Below, in pieces: positions 1 to 14,100 of a DNA stretch of 64,000 nt. The number at the start of each line of letters is the position of its first letter. The stretch's first letter is position 1. The notes beneath the pieces are model-generated. The model saw only the letters and a program-made list of their open reading frames with translations. It was not told where the DNA came from and ran no database searches. This stretch comes from Scyliorhinus canicula (taxonomy: Eukaryota), in the NCBI RefSeq assembly GCF_902713615.1, contig NC_052163.1:103222622-103286621 (forward strand), in the 5' to 3' direction. Both the position numbers and the translations under genes were made by a program.

Positions 1-189
1 CACACCCCATCAGCAAAACCAACTGTTAACAGTATTGATCATGCATTATTCAGTACAGTGTGATATGAGAGATGCAGTTATAGCTTTTCATGTTTCTAAA
101 CAATGCCCTTAACTCAGAATTATCATAGAATTGTTACAGGAGAGAAGGAGGCCACTTGGCCCATCATGGGCAGGATCATAGCCACAGGA

Positions 190-655
190 TCCGTCTAGTC
201 TTACGACCAGAAAGTTGGCGCCACCCCCGCACAGATCCTCCGCGGCCGCCAGCGTGAAGCATAGCGCCGGTTGCTCGCGGACCCGACCTGCCAAAAACTG
301 CATCCCTGTAACCCCCCCCTCGCCACCTCCGGGCCATTCCCTACCAGTTCCCCCAACCCCTGCCGAAGCCTCTCCTGCCAGCGAATCGGCTCCCCCATGC
401 TGACTGTGGCGGCGCTGGACACAATCCGCAGCCACCGCATGAGGTCCCTGAAAGTTGTGAGGACACACACCCCACACTGTTGGGAACTCAGCTCATCGGG
501 GCGGAGCATCGGGGGAGGGCCTCAGGTGACTTCCTGAGACCGTCCCAACGGCGTGCGATGTACTTCTCAAGTACGCTGTTTTTGATCCCTGCGTAAAAAT
601 CGATTCTCCGGCCGATTGCCGAACGTGATTTCGGTGTCGGCAATCGGAGAACCCA
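190..655. mobile_element. GC-rich Harbinger-type MITE fragment
   Basis: gattctccggcc...ggagaaccc terminal motif shared with other MITEs in the window; boundaries approximate. Confidence 0.5.
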
Positions 656-659
656 CCTC

Positions 660-946
660 TGGTGAATGTAACATGATAATTCACACTATGTCTTCGTTAG
701 GGCAGTTGCGTTATCCGACCACTAGGGGGAGTAGCTCTGGGAATGCTCAGGAGCTTGTACAGGGCTCCATCCTTGGCTCCGCCCATGACTCCTCCCCCTA
801 GTGCTGCTGTATAAATACCCTTGTCCCAGAGTCAGCCTGCAGTTCACTGAGAGTTCATCAACGGGTAACAGGCTGGCTCTGTAGTAAGCCGATTAAAGCC
901 TAGATTCATATCGGAAACACGTGTCTGGTGAATTGATGGTTCCATC
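660..946 (+). mobile_element. Solo LTR (Gypsy-like)
   Basis: TG...CATCA ends, TATAAATA at ~810, ATTAAA at ~892; resembles the 8724-8977 LTR; no clean TSD. Confidence 0.5.
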
Positions 947-2035
947 ACCACCCAACGTCTTTCTGGCTCTCCAAATGAGCATCATGACTGAGTGCCGTTC
1001 CTCTGCCTTTTCCCCGTACCCCGCACATTGTTTCTAATCAAGTAATCATCTGACAGCTGAGAGATGGAACTCAATGCCGTGTAAAAACAATGCATTTGGA
1101 CTGATCTCCAACTAATCTCATTTTAACTTAATTTTTAAAAAAATATTCTCCTCTTATTGGAACAAGAAGACACCTTGTTGAATGTAACTGATTTCCTACT
1201 GCGATGGCTACCTTTCCTGAGTAAATGTTTGGAGCATTATTAAAGCCAAAAGGGAAACTTAAGCCAAAGGTTTTCAGCTCCTGTAAATCTTCTTATCAAG
1301 ATGGAATAGAAATAATTTCTTGGAGGAGTCTGGGAACTCCCCTCGACATAGGGTGAAATTCTACCAAAAAATGCCGTTGAGTCCCCGCTGCCAAATCCCC
1401 ATATGGCCAGTTCAGGCCCCATTCTTCTTACCCCCTTCATAAACCCCCCTTAGAACCCTCACCCTTCAGACACTACTTCAGGTCGCCCCACATTAGGCCC
1501 CTCATTTATGCTCCCTTTTCTTGCCCCACTTCACCATGCCCCCCCCCCTTAGGTAATGCCCCTCAGATCACGCCCCTTGGCAGTGCCCTTTGGCACCCTG
1601 GCGCTGTCCTTGGCACCTGGGCAGTGCCAATGTGGGCGCCGTGGGTCAGGAGCATCACGATCAGTTTGAACCCCGTGTAGGGGCTCTCCTGCTATCCATC
1701 TATCAGGGTTGACGCTGGGCACAAAGCGGCCATGTAGAAGTATGCCCATATTCTTTGTTGGTGGGAAGTGCCAGCAAATCTTCCCACAGCCCATCAATAT
1801 TGTTTCACACTTGACTGATTAAAGGATTCTAATTTTAAAATCTGAGCTATTTCCTGTACGTGACCTTCCTTTATCTACTTTTTATTTATATTTCTTTATG
1901 TCTCCCATTCCCAGGCCCAGGACGATGATATTTTTGAACTGATCGCAGTGCATTTTTGTGCAGTAGGTTACATCAATTTGACTTCTCAGTGATTTCACTC
2001 AACAATGCAATACTGACAATAAATCTTTGTCTTAC

Positions 2036-2103
2036 CTCAAACTAGTAATATGGCAAACTCTATAGCTGTCCTTTAAAGTGCTGTTTTCAAATAAACGTGA
2101 AAG
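2036..2103 (-). CDS. SEA unit 15 exon C (68 nt)
   Basis: LSRLFENSTLKDSYRVCHITSL; tgcag|...|gtaaga. Confidence 0.8.
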
Positions 2104-5100
2104 CTGCAAAAGATATATAGTAAATGCAAGTTTCATCTTTTTAAAAGATATATAATATTGAAATAAAAATTACTAAATTAGAACATGTTCCAAGGATCAT
2201 TTCCACTTTTGTTTATTTGTTACACTGGAAACATTTCAAAATGAAACAAATAACTCACTAAAGCACTTAACACATTTCCTGGGAAATGTTGTCATTGAAC
2301 GTACAGGTATTTTTAATAACTATTTTAATGTTTAAGCAATTCATGAAAACATGTCCATACCTGTCTCATGATATTGGTCGTCATGTGTTCATACTCGGGG
2401 GAGCTTGGAATTTGGAGTTCATCTGTGAAGTTATAGTTGATTATTGTGAAGTTAACTTGAAAAGTGAGATCTCCTTGTTGTTCTGAAATTATTAGATGAT
2501 CTCGTTCTGCTGGTGTAGCAGGTTCCACAGTGGATTTAAGTTCCTCACATCCTAAAATGAAAGCACATTTTTAATATTAACCATCAGTTCTTGCAGAAAT
2601 AACTGTGGTTAACTGTAATAGTTGCACCTAAAATGTACATTTAGCAGATTGGAAAGCAAAGCAATCGCAGAATCAATGGAATAACTTGGATCTAAAAGTT
2701 TGAAAGATTTTTAAAATGTTGTTCTGTGCTAGTTAGTGTATTCATAATTGTAGTATATTCATAATTTCACTTAAGTTTACATGTGAATCGTACTTATCGA
2801 GTTAAATACATCAAAGTGAAAATAGCCTGAAGGCTGACATTTGTACCCTGGGCCCACATGAAAGACTCGAGAATTGAACCTGCAATGTAAATTGATTGTG
2901 AATTCTGAGTTAGGTCATAATTTTGAAGCAAGCAAACAAGATGAAATTCTATTCTAGTACCTGTCAGTTTAGCATTTTACAAGCACAATTCTATTAATGT
3001 TGACTGAAAGGTTGTAGTTTTAGACATTATAGGCTGGATTTTCCAGTCCCCCAGCCGCATGTTTCTCAGTGGAGCGCTGTTCTTTGCCGCGGGATTCTAT
3101 CTTCCCGCTGCTTGTCAATGGGATTTCCCTTTGAAACCATCCCATGCTGCCAGGAAACACACGGAAAAGGGGTGTGTGCCAACGGGAAAAGAGAATCCCA
3201 ACAGCCGATAATTCCGGACTAGTGGCTTTAAAACTCTAGTTACCAACTAATGACTCAAAGGAGTTAAAATTCTTCTGCATCGATCTGTATTACACGTACA
3301 ATCTGTTTAGCTAAAATTGTTAGCTGTAAGAAATCGGCCTAAGGACCATATCTGCTGGCAATGGGGTCTCCCAGGAAAGAGACAAATAACAGATGGTCGA
3401 TATTAAAGATGGCAATGAACAATGTGGGATTTTTTCACCATTTTGTATTGGTGCCAGGTTGTCTGGAGGAGACACACAGGGTGCGATCGCTGGCCAGGAT
3501 GGGCCAGAAAAGCAGCTCGCCGTGGCGCAGCGTAGCCTTTGAAAGTCGAGGGACCCGGCTCCTGGCTCAAATGGCCTCGCGAGATTCACATTGTAACAAA
3601 TCTGCTAACTGCCTCACTCTAATGTGCAGATTCCCGAGGTTCTTGAGGCTATGGGATTCATCCCCTTTGCCTCAGAGACCTTGGGCGAACGCTGTTCAGC
3701 ACTGGTCTCCACAAATGGGGACCAGATAGAATGGCACTCATGGCAATCGCCCAGGGGTTTGGAAGCCCAACTGCATATGCCGTGTGCCCTGGCACTGCTG
3801 CTGCCACATAGGTATGCTGGCAATGCCCGGCATGTAGGGTCTCGGGCCCCTCCCATGTTGCATTCGGCTGGGGGTGGGGGGGGGGGGTGGTCGGGCCTTG
3901 TTTTGCGGATCTCGGAGATTGGGATGCCACGATCTCTCGCCACAATGGGGAATTCCAGCGAGCGGAACTCCCCACTGTACAAAGCGGGGCTGTGTGCAGC
4001 CTCAGTCCATGCATTCCCCATTCGGGTCCCTTATTCAATGCTAAGTTCCAGGAAACACGCGGCTAAACCCGCTCACTCGGGGCTTTGTTCCCTTTTGGGA
4101 GAATTGCACCCATAATCATACAGAATTGTACCTGCAGTGGGTATTTTTACCTTGGGAAGGTGATTATACATAGAAAGGGGGGGTGATTGATAACCACATT
4201 CTTGACAATGGGTGTCCCGTGATAAATATTCGGAGACAGTATGTACATGTTTTTGCACTAAGTGGATATTATAATATGAGTAAGCATGCACTTGTTGTAA
4301 TTGGTTAATTGTTCTCATATACTATTCATGTTGTAAACCTAATTGATGGTCATGATTGGACATAGATAACAAGTAACAAATGAATAGTATATGTTAATTT
4401 CTTGTAACTGAATCTGAAGTATATCTGTCAGTACAATTCTTGAATCAGTGCTCTTTGGCATGCCAACTTGAAATTCTATTAGTCCGTGCTATAGCATTGT
4501 AATAAAGACCTTGGACGGGATTCTCTGGCCACGCCCGTCCGGTGACCGAAGAATCCCCCCGGAGGTCAATGGACATTTCCATTCTCCGCGTCTCACCCAT
4601 GGAAGTCCAGCCCCTTTTTTGTTACTCCAAGAGGCTTTGTTTGATTTCTTGTGAGAGGGAGAGTGAAGTACACTAAAGCCAAATAGCTGTACCTCTTCTC
4701 CATAGCATTGATTAATTGACATTTCTCTTACTGGAGTTATCTGATGGCACATTGAATTTATCCAGTAATTAGCCACATCACACAGACTAGGGAGGACACC
4801 AGGGGTGGAATTCACCTTATTAGGTGAGGTGTGGGAGACTCAATGACTCCCTTATAGGTCAGTTGAGGGGTTGGGAGGCCGTGATGAGGGGGTCCAAAGA
4901 TTGGGGCATCATTTTTAAATTGTGCCCCGCTCCCTTCCTGTACTGACGAGTGGGGTTCCTCAGTGCAGGAAGTGGGATGATGTGCGGCCTCAATGGGGCA
5001 TTCCCCACTGATGCCCCAAAATAAGCCAGAGTCCCGTTTGATAGCGTGGCCTTTCTTGGCACTGCGGGCGGTGGGAAACACCCGGCTAAACGTACTAGAC

Positions 5101-8100
5101 ACAGACTCTGTTTCATTTCCGATAAATCGGGCCTTCTGTCCCCACCTCTTGCATTGGAAAGAAAAAAACTATTTTTAAAAAATGAGCAACATAACAGTAA
5201 AATGAATATAATTTTAAACAAAAAGTTATAATTATCTAAGTGATCAACAAGCCAATGGTTAACAATCATTCATGTTTAACTAGTTGATCCACTATTGCAG
5301 TGGAACTGTAATTAAATGTGTATGTGTATTTAGTTAATTACTCAAATGAATGTGGAACACCAAAAAAGGATTTATTCACTAGTTAATTTAATGGATAACT
5401 TTGAAAAGTAATTTAATATAATTAGCACAAATTGTCTCAGCTGAAATTGCACGTTGGTACGGATAATCCAATTGAGATATGGAAATACATAAAGAACATT
5501 AGACAGCAATGAAATAAAATGGTCAATAGTTCATTACCAGTTATGAGGAGACTGTTGCTGTCAAGTTTGTAAGTTGCTAAAGTAGAGGTGTTGTTAGTTC
5601 TGTCTCGGAACTCCTGCTTCAGAATAACATTATCCACTTTCTGAGGACCAGTTTTGAAAAAACAAGCAGCTTGCACTTTCACATTTACCCCATTTGGAGA
5701 ACTGCCAAATAAAGCATTAATTATCCATAAGTAATAACATTGACCTCTAGACCAACTTCCATTAGCAATTTTTTTAAAATTGATATCTTTAACCTTAAAC
5801 ATGTATTTCACTTCAGAGGATTTGAAGTATTATTGTTTTTCAGTATTAGAGTGTTAATATATTTTGATCCTGTTGATTAATAGTTGCATTATAAAAATAT
5901 ATTGTATGAATTGTACATGAAGATGCGCACGTAGAGTATTTTACTTTGGATTGTTTAAAGAATGGATGCCCAGAGGTCAACCCAGTGGTAACAGCTGTCA
6001 TGGTTGGTCCAGAGAATCCAGTGATGAGCACTCTAATTGGCCACTGCCAACTATCATTAACAGACTGCAGTGCAACAAATTAAAATGTCAAGTTACAAAA
6101 TGGCCACATTCCAGCTCCTGTTCAGGTACACGGAGGGAGAATTCAGAATGTCCAAATTACCTAACTAAAATGTCTTTCGGGACTTGTGGGAGGAAACCGG
6201 AGCACCCGGAGGAAACCCACGCAGACATAGGGAAAACATGCAGACTCTGCACAGACAGTGACCCAAACCAAGAATCGAACTTGGGACCCTGGTGCTGTGA
6301 AGCAACTGTGTTAACCACTGTGTGGCCGTGGCACCTAATAACTGGGTAGGATGGTTAAATGGATAGCGTGGGTTGGTGAATAGCTGAGTGAGGTGGGTGA
6401 GTTGGTAAGTGGATGAGATGGTAGGTGGGTGAGTGGGTTAGATGGGTTGGGACATAATTGGGTGGTCAAGTTATTAGGAGTAGTCAGGGGAAGTCGGGTC
6501 AGGATGGGGGTGTAGTTGGGATGGGCAGAGAGGTAGTCGGGAGGGATAAATGGGTATTGGGTTATGGAAGGATAGTTGGGTCGGATCGGAGTGTTAGTTG
6601 GGTTACTGGGGGTAGTTGGGTTTGGAGGGGTAGTTAGGTCAGCGATAGTCGGGTCAAGTCAGGGCATAGCCAGGATGTCAGTTGGGGTTGGTTAGGGTGT
6701 CGGTGGGCCGATTGGAGTGCCAATTGTAGTTGCCTGGGTGTTCGATTAGGTTTATTCTCTCCAAGCTTTCCTGGGAAACTATTTTGGTAAGTATTAGGGA
6801 TCTGTGCCAAGTTTCTGACACTTTTGGGTGTCCTGGGAAACAGGGGAATTGTCCATCAGGAGTTAAAACATCCTGGGCAATTGTCACGTCAGGACTTCCA
6901 CAGGATCCTGACACGCATCCTCAGTTGTATGTCCAGTCTGCGACGACATAGAGATGAGAAGATTTGCTGTTAACTCTGAGTCACTGTTATTAATCTTACT
7001 TATAGTTGCACATATCCATTTATAAACAGCTGCTGACTCCTATACAATCCTGTTGTATTGAACTGACGCAGACAGTCCCATAATTCAAGCACATTTTCTA
7101 TTTCCACTGTTCCATGTTTACTTTATAAGCTTACATTTTAAAAAGAATGTTGTTCTCTTTTTTGAAAAAAATAACTACTTCATAGAAGTTTAGTTATCTA
7201 GAAGTATTTGGCATATTTCGTTTGTAATTGGACTCTTTCTTGATGTTCCTGGTCCCAAAACAAGACACAATGAGAATGTGGAAACTCCACACGGACAGTG
7301 ACCTAGAGCCGGGATCGAATCTGGGACCTAGGCGCCATGAGGCAGCAGTGCTAACCACTGTGCGACCGAACTCTAGTCCAATTCTTAATTTAAAATAAAA
7401 GCATTGTCTGTATAAGAACCTCTCAGTCACATTAATAATTCTGAGATACAATTTAAATGTCAGCTGTATGTCAGAAAGAAACTCAAAAATCGAAAGGAGC
7501 AAAATTGTGCTTAGTTCTCAGTCTGTGACTAAATGTAGAACAGCTAAGAAAGAATTCTTACCTTAAAGAGATTACTGTACAATCTAAGAATGCTGCATTT
7601 ATATTGCTATTTCCATACAAAGCATTGAGCTGCAAAAATATAAATTGGGTTTTAATGGGACATTAATATTAATTATTAAGGAATTTTTTTCAATAATAAT
7701 TATTTTGATTTATTTGAATATACCTGATGAGTGATAGTACGCGAAGCCGACTGATATAACAGTGAAGTGGAGCTAAATAAGACTGGATTGTATGGTAGGT
7801 TTGTGATGGCAAAAGACACATTAAAGCATAAAGGTTTCTGGCCCTCAAGGGGATTTTGTTCCTCAGGCACAACTGGTAGTTCATCTAGAAATAGAGAGAA
7901 GTGTAGAATTAAATATATAAAAAGCTTCATTGCAAATCTATTGGTTTTATTCTTTTAAGTTTTACAACAGAGGGAAAAAGGAAGGTCGTTAACATTGCAG
8001 CATGTATAAACTTTGGAAAACACTTCACTCATTTCACAGTTACTTATTAGACACTTTCCACAGATTTTTAGAAGTTCGCCGTATACTAGATTCCCATCTT

Positions 8101-11100
8101 CATACTGAATCATTAGTCCTCCTTCAGAAATAAACTACTCTTAAAAATGTGCAGCCTTTCAAACAAAGAACAAAGAACAAAGAAAAGTACAGCACAGTAA
8201 CAGCCCCTTCGGCCCTCCAAGCCCGTGCAGACCATACTGCCCGTCTAAACTAAAATCTTCCACACTTCCTGGGTCTATATCCCTCTACTCCTATCCTATT
8301 CATGTATTTGTCAAGATGCCCCTTAAATGTCACTATCGTCCCTGCTTCCACCACCTTCTCCGGCAGCGAGTTCCAGGCACCCACTACCCTCTGTGTAAAA
8401 AACTTGCCTCGTACATCTCCTCTAAACTTTGCCCCTCGCACCTTAAACCTATGCCCCCTAGTAATTGACCCCTCTACACTGGGGAAAAGCCTCTGACTAT
8501 CCACTCTGTCTAAGCCCCTCATAATTTTGTAGACCTCTATCAGGTCGCCCCTCAACCTCCGTTGTTACAGTGAGAACAAACCGAGTTTATTCAACCGCTC
8601 CTCATAGCTAATGCCCTCCATACCTGGCAACATCCTGGTAAATCTCTTCTGTACTCTCTAAAGCCTCCACATCCTTCTGGTAGTGTGGCAACCAGAATTG
8701 AACACTCTACTCCAAGTGTTGCCTGTGATGATATGATCTGCATACTCGTCTGCCATTGGGCCAGAACGTCGGCTTACCATTGGCCCTGGTCGGTCATGTG
8801 CCTCTCGACCGATTGGCCGAGAGGCTGAGTTAACCACACCTCTATTAACGAGGTATAAATGCTCTGACGCCTGACGATCGTCCCTTTCCACTGTAGACGA
8901 TCGCAGAGCTGTGTTCTAGTCAATTAAAGCCAGACTTTGGTAAATCACTCGCGTCGCGTGCAATCAATGGTACATCATTGCCTAACTAAGTTTCTATACA
9001 GCTGCAACATGACTTGCCAATTCTTATACTCAATGCCCCGGCCAATAAAGACAAGTATGCCGTATGCCTTCTTGACTACCTTCTCCACCTGTATTGCCCC
9101 TTTCAGTGACCTGTGGACTTGTACACCTAGATATCTCTGATGCTTGAGGGTTCTACCATTTACTGTATGTTCTCTACTTGCATTGGACCTTCCAAAATGC
9201 ATTACCTCACATTTGTCCGGATAAAACTCCATCTGCCATCCCTCCGCCAAAGTCTCCAAATGATCTAAATCCTGCTGTATCCTCTGACAGTCCTCATTGC
9301 TATCCGCAATTCAACCTACCTTTGTGTCGTCTGCAAACGTACTAATCAGACCAGTTACATTTTCCTCCAAATCATTTATATATACTATGAACAGCAAAGG
9401 TCCCAGCACTGATCCCTGCGGAATACCACTAGTCACAGCCCTCCAATTAGAAAAGCACCCTTCCATTGGTACTCTCTGCCTTCTATGACCTAGCCAGTTC
9501 TGTATCCACGTTTCCAGCTCACCCCTGATCCCGAGTGACTTCACCTTTTGTACCAGTCTACCATGAGGAACCTTGTCAAAGGCCTTACTGAAGTCCATAT
9601 AGACAACATCCACTGCCCTACCTGCATAAATCATCTTTGTGACCTCTTAGAAAAACTCTATCAAGTTAGTGAGACATGATCTCCCTTTCACAAAACCATG
9701 CTGCCTCTCACTAATATGCCCATTTGCTTCCAAATGGGAGTAGATCCTGTCTCGAAGAATTCTCTCCAGTAATTTCCCGACCACTGACATAAGGCTCACC
9801 AGCCTGTAGTTCCCTGGATTATCCTGGCTACCCTTCTTAAACAAAGAAACAACATTGACTATTCTCCAGTCCTCTGGGACATCACCTGAAGACAGTGAGA
9901 ATCCAAATATTTCTGTCAAGGCCTCAGCAATTTCCTCTCTAGCCTCCTTCAGTATTCTGGGGTAGATCCCATCCGGCCCTGGGGACTTATCTACCTTAAT
10001 ATTTTTCAAGACGCCCAACACCTCGTCTTTTTGGATCTCAATGTGACCCAGGCTATCTACACACCCTTCTCCAGATTCAACATCCACCAATTCCTTCTCT
10101 TTGGTGAATACTGAAGCAAAGTATTAATTTAGTACCTTGCCCATTTCCTCTGGCTCCACACATAGATTCCCTTGCCTATCCTTCAATGGGCCAACTCTTT
10201 CCCTGGCTACCCTCTTGCTTTTTATGGACGTGTAAAAGCTGCCAATCCTGTCCTTCCCTCAACCAGGTCTCTGTAATGGCAACAACATCATAGTTCCAAG
10301 TACTAATCCAAGCTCTAAGTTCATCTGCCTTACCCGTAATACTTCTTGTATTAAAACATATGCACTTCAGGCCACCAGACCCGCTGTTTTCAGCACCATC
10401 TCCCTGTCTGCTCTTCCTCAGAGCCATACTGGCCCTATACCCTAGTTCTCCCTCAATTCTTTCACCTTCTGACCTATTGCTCCAGTACCCACCCCCCTGC
10501 CATACTAGTTTAAACCCTCCCGTGTGACGCTCGAAACCTCGCGGCCAGTTTGCAACACTACTGACCTCTCCAGTGATATTAGGAGGGTAGAAATTGTCCC
10601 GCATTGTGCCCATCCTATTTGTGTAAAACAAACACATCAAGAGCCAATTTTGAGAACTAACACCTCACGAAAGACGTCTCCTAATATTGCATTGGGCTAT
10701 TTTCCAGCCCATTATATTTTGTAAATGATTTGCAAATAGAAAAAAAACACTGTAAAGACTGGTTAATAAATGCTCCTAATGAGTTGTTAATCCTGCAAAT
10801 CATTGAAAGTGTACAGAAATGAAACCATCATACTCACTGGTCGGTGATGTTATTTCATGATAGCCTGAAAACAAAATAGCGTCACTTAATATTTCACAAT
10901 TTTTCCTCAAACCAGTAGAAAATATGTTATGCTTTTTGTGCAATAACCTTAGTGAAGCAGTTGAAAAGATACAAAAGTTATCATTGTAGTATGCCTTTTC
11001 CAAAGCAGGAGCTGTATTTAAGAGATATCTGTTATGTTCTGATGCTTGGCTGGTAGGAATAATGCACAATAGAACATAGTTCTTGACTAGTTAAAGTATT

Positions 11101-14100
11101 TTATTATAAAATAAATGCGTGGTAAAGATAACTAAAAAAAAAAAATTAAAAACAATTAATAATGATAAATTATCCCAGAGCTACTGAAAGTATGACTATC
11201 CACTAACACGACTATCTCCAGAGTCCTCGAAGTACAGAGTCACGTGGTGGATTTATATTGCGATCTGCTGGTTGGATGTCGTTAATATCATTATATACAT
11301 GATTGCTTATGCACATTATCACAACAGTCACACAAAGAAATTACTATATTACAGTACAAATTATCTGATGCATATTTCTTCTGAACATAGGTCCCAATGG
11401 GATTTGTGAGTGGTTTCTACAGTATAATGTAAAATGAGCAGTCTGTTCATACCATTTACGTAGAGACTGTCTCTGTCCAGAGAATATGGTCCCAAATCAG
11501 TGATGTTTTCTGTGTTGTAATTGAACTGATGGTACACAGTAACTCTATCAACTTGCTGTGCGGCAGAATTGTTGTTGAAAGAACAGTTTGCATACACTTT
11601 AGTCTTCTTACTGTCCGTTGCACTGCCAAAGCACAAAATAATAGCAATTAAAGCAACATGAAATCGAATGCTAAGGTAAACCTGGAGGTGATCTCATGTG
11701 TATTGCTTCTCACCTGAATTCATCAATTCATTCAATAAAGATCTGAACAGGTATTTTTACTGAAACAACATATGTTAAGATGAAGGAACACAATATTCAA
11801 CACTTTTATACACAACATATTGTGGTCCCCTAGGACAACTGTCTGGAAGGCTTGTGCAATGTCTGATGTAAGGCAAACTTGACAGTAACAAACAAGTTCT
11901 ATTGTCAGGTCTGAATATTAGTTTGAACGTGCTGCTGCACCAAAAGCAATGGAGTATACTCTGTACAATAGCACCAACTTCCAATTTACTTTGAAATATA
12001 CAACATTTGAGTAGATTTTAAAAGAACTTCAAATGAAAAAATAACTCTCTACAGAAATGAATAATGATTTGAATCACATCTGTGGTAGAAAATCAATATT
12101 CACATCAGAAAGAGAAAATATGGGATTTGAGATGTATTTAAAATGGCTGCCGATAAACAAACACTTTTTACTTGATGGATAGATCAATGCTTTTGCAAAC
12201 GGTGGAAGACCGAAAGTGAATAATGACACTTTTCATCGGCCAGTGAATCATTAATAGAAAGGTGCTGGGAAGTAGAGGAGTGGGGAAATTATTGGACAAT
12301 GGGAAGTAATATCACAAATGGCAAATGATGCTGAGGTAATATGGCATTTAAGAGAAAAATGAGAGCATAACTTGGAAAAATAAATCTGCTCAAATTTACT
12401 GGGAAAGTTCAGTGAACGAAACTGAGATTATCAGCTTTGGAGATAATGGAAGTATTGGTTTGAAGATCCAAGTGGAATCATTCTGTGCTGAAGTTTAGAA
12501 GATTCAATAAAATCCTGAATATTAAGGAGCATACAAAATATCACTTACCTTAAAGAGATTACTTTGCAGTCTGTAAACTCAGTGTTTATATCACTCTTTC
12601 GGTAAATTAAGTTGAGCTGCAAGAAAGTAATTCTCAGTGTAACTAAGATGAAAATATAAATCATCAGCACTTAATTTTAATAAATATTGGGCAGCACAGT
12701 GGCGTAGTGGTTAGCATTGCTGCCTCACTGCACTGAGGTCCCAGGTTCGATTCCGGCTCTGGGTCACTGTCTGTGTGCAGTTTGCAGATTCTCTGCGTGT
12801 TTGCATGGGTTTTGCTCCCAAAACCCAAAGATGTGCAGAGTAGATGAATTGGCCACGCTAAATTGCCCCGTAATTGTACAAAATGAATTGGGCACTCTGA
12901 ATTATATAAAAAAATAATAGATATTGTTCTGAAGGCCCACCTGATGAATAATAATAGTTGATGCTGATTGGTACAGGAGCGATGAGTGGTCGTGTAGTGA
13001 TTCCATGTACGGCAAACTTGTTATAGTGAAGGTCACATTAAACCCAGGTGGAGGGTGGTTCTGGATTGATATTTGTGCTGGAAATATAGGCAATTATACA
13101 GTGAAATGTAGCTGCAGTGCTGATTATTTTACAGTCCCATTTGCTGTTTACAAAATATATACAAAGTGAAAGGAACATTTGCAACAAATGATTGGAAAGT
13201 CAAAATTCATTTGAACTGAATGATTGTGCAGTGTGAAAATTTACCACTGTAATTATTTAGTTAGAAACAGTATATTGCAGAATCAATAGGTTAAATAGAA
13301 TTAAGGGAAAAATGAAAGACCTTGCTAAATGAAGCAAAGATACATGTTAAGGTTGAGTACCACAGTGTACAGAAATGATACCAGTTGAAACCATCATACT
13401 CACTGGTCGGTGATGTTGTTTCATGATAGCCTAAAAACAAAATAGTGTAACTTAATGAGTCAGAATTTTTCCTCAACCTAGCAGAAAATATGTTCTGCTT
13501 TTTGTGCAGTACCCACAGTGAAGCAATTGAAAAGAGTCATAAGTTAACATTGTAGTACACCTTTCCTAATGCAGAAGCTGCATTTAACAAATATCCACAC
13601 AAATATAATACTATATCAACGTACAAATTATCTGATGCATATTTCTCAGGAACATAGTTTGCAGTGCGATTTGTGAGTTGTTTCTACAGACTTTAGTAAA
13701 ACAAGAGTTCATACCATTCACATAAAGACTGTCTCTGTCCAGAGAATATGGTCCCAAATCAGTGATGTTTTCTGTGTTGTAATTGAACTGATGGTACACA
13801 GTAACTCGATCAACTTTCTGTGCAGCAGAATTGTTGTTGAAAGAACAGTTTGCATACGCTTTGGTCTTCTTACTGTCCGTTGCACTGCCAAACCACAAAA
13901 TAATTAAAGCAAAATGAAATAGAATGCTGAGGTAAACCTGGAGATGATCTAATGTATATTGCTTCTCACCTGAATTCATCAATTCATTGAATAAAGACCT
14001 GAACAGGTATTTTTACTGAAGCAACGTCTTTTAAAAAGAAGGAACACAATATTCAACTCTTTTATACACAGCATATTGTGGCCCCCACGGACAACTGTCT

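Noticed and set aside
1-2035. Expected exon D of unit 15 and TM exon
   Set aside because: No matching sequence found in this interval; probably beyond the window edge.
6345-6720. G-rich strand-biased stretch, possible G-quadruplex or switch-like region
   Set aside because: Low-complexity sequence with no defined unit, probably the interior of an old DNA transposon; no support for function.
12689-12780. tRNA-like sequences here and at 29879, 30204, 41078, 53913 and 60781
   Set aside because: They are SINE heads followed by SINE bodies and LINE-like tails, not tRNA genes.
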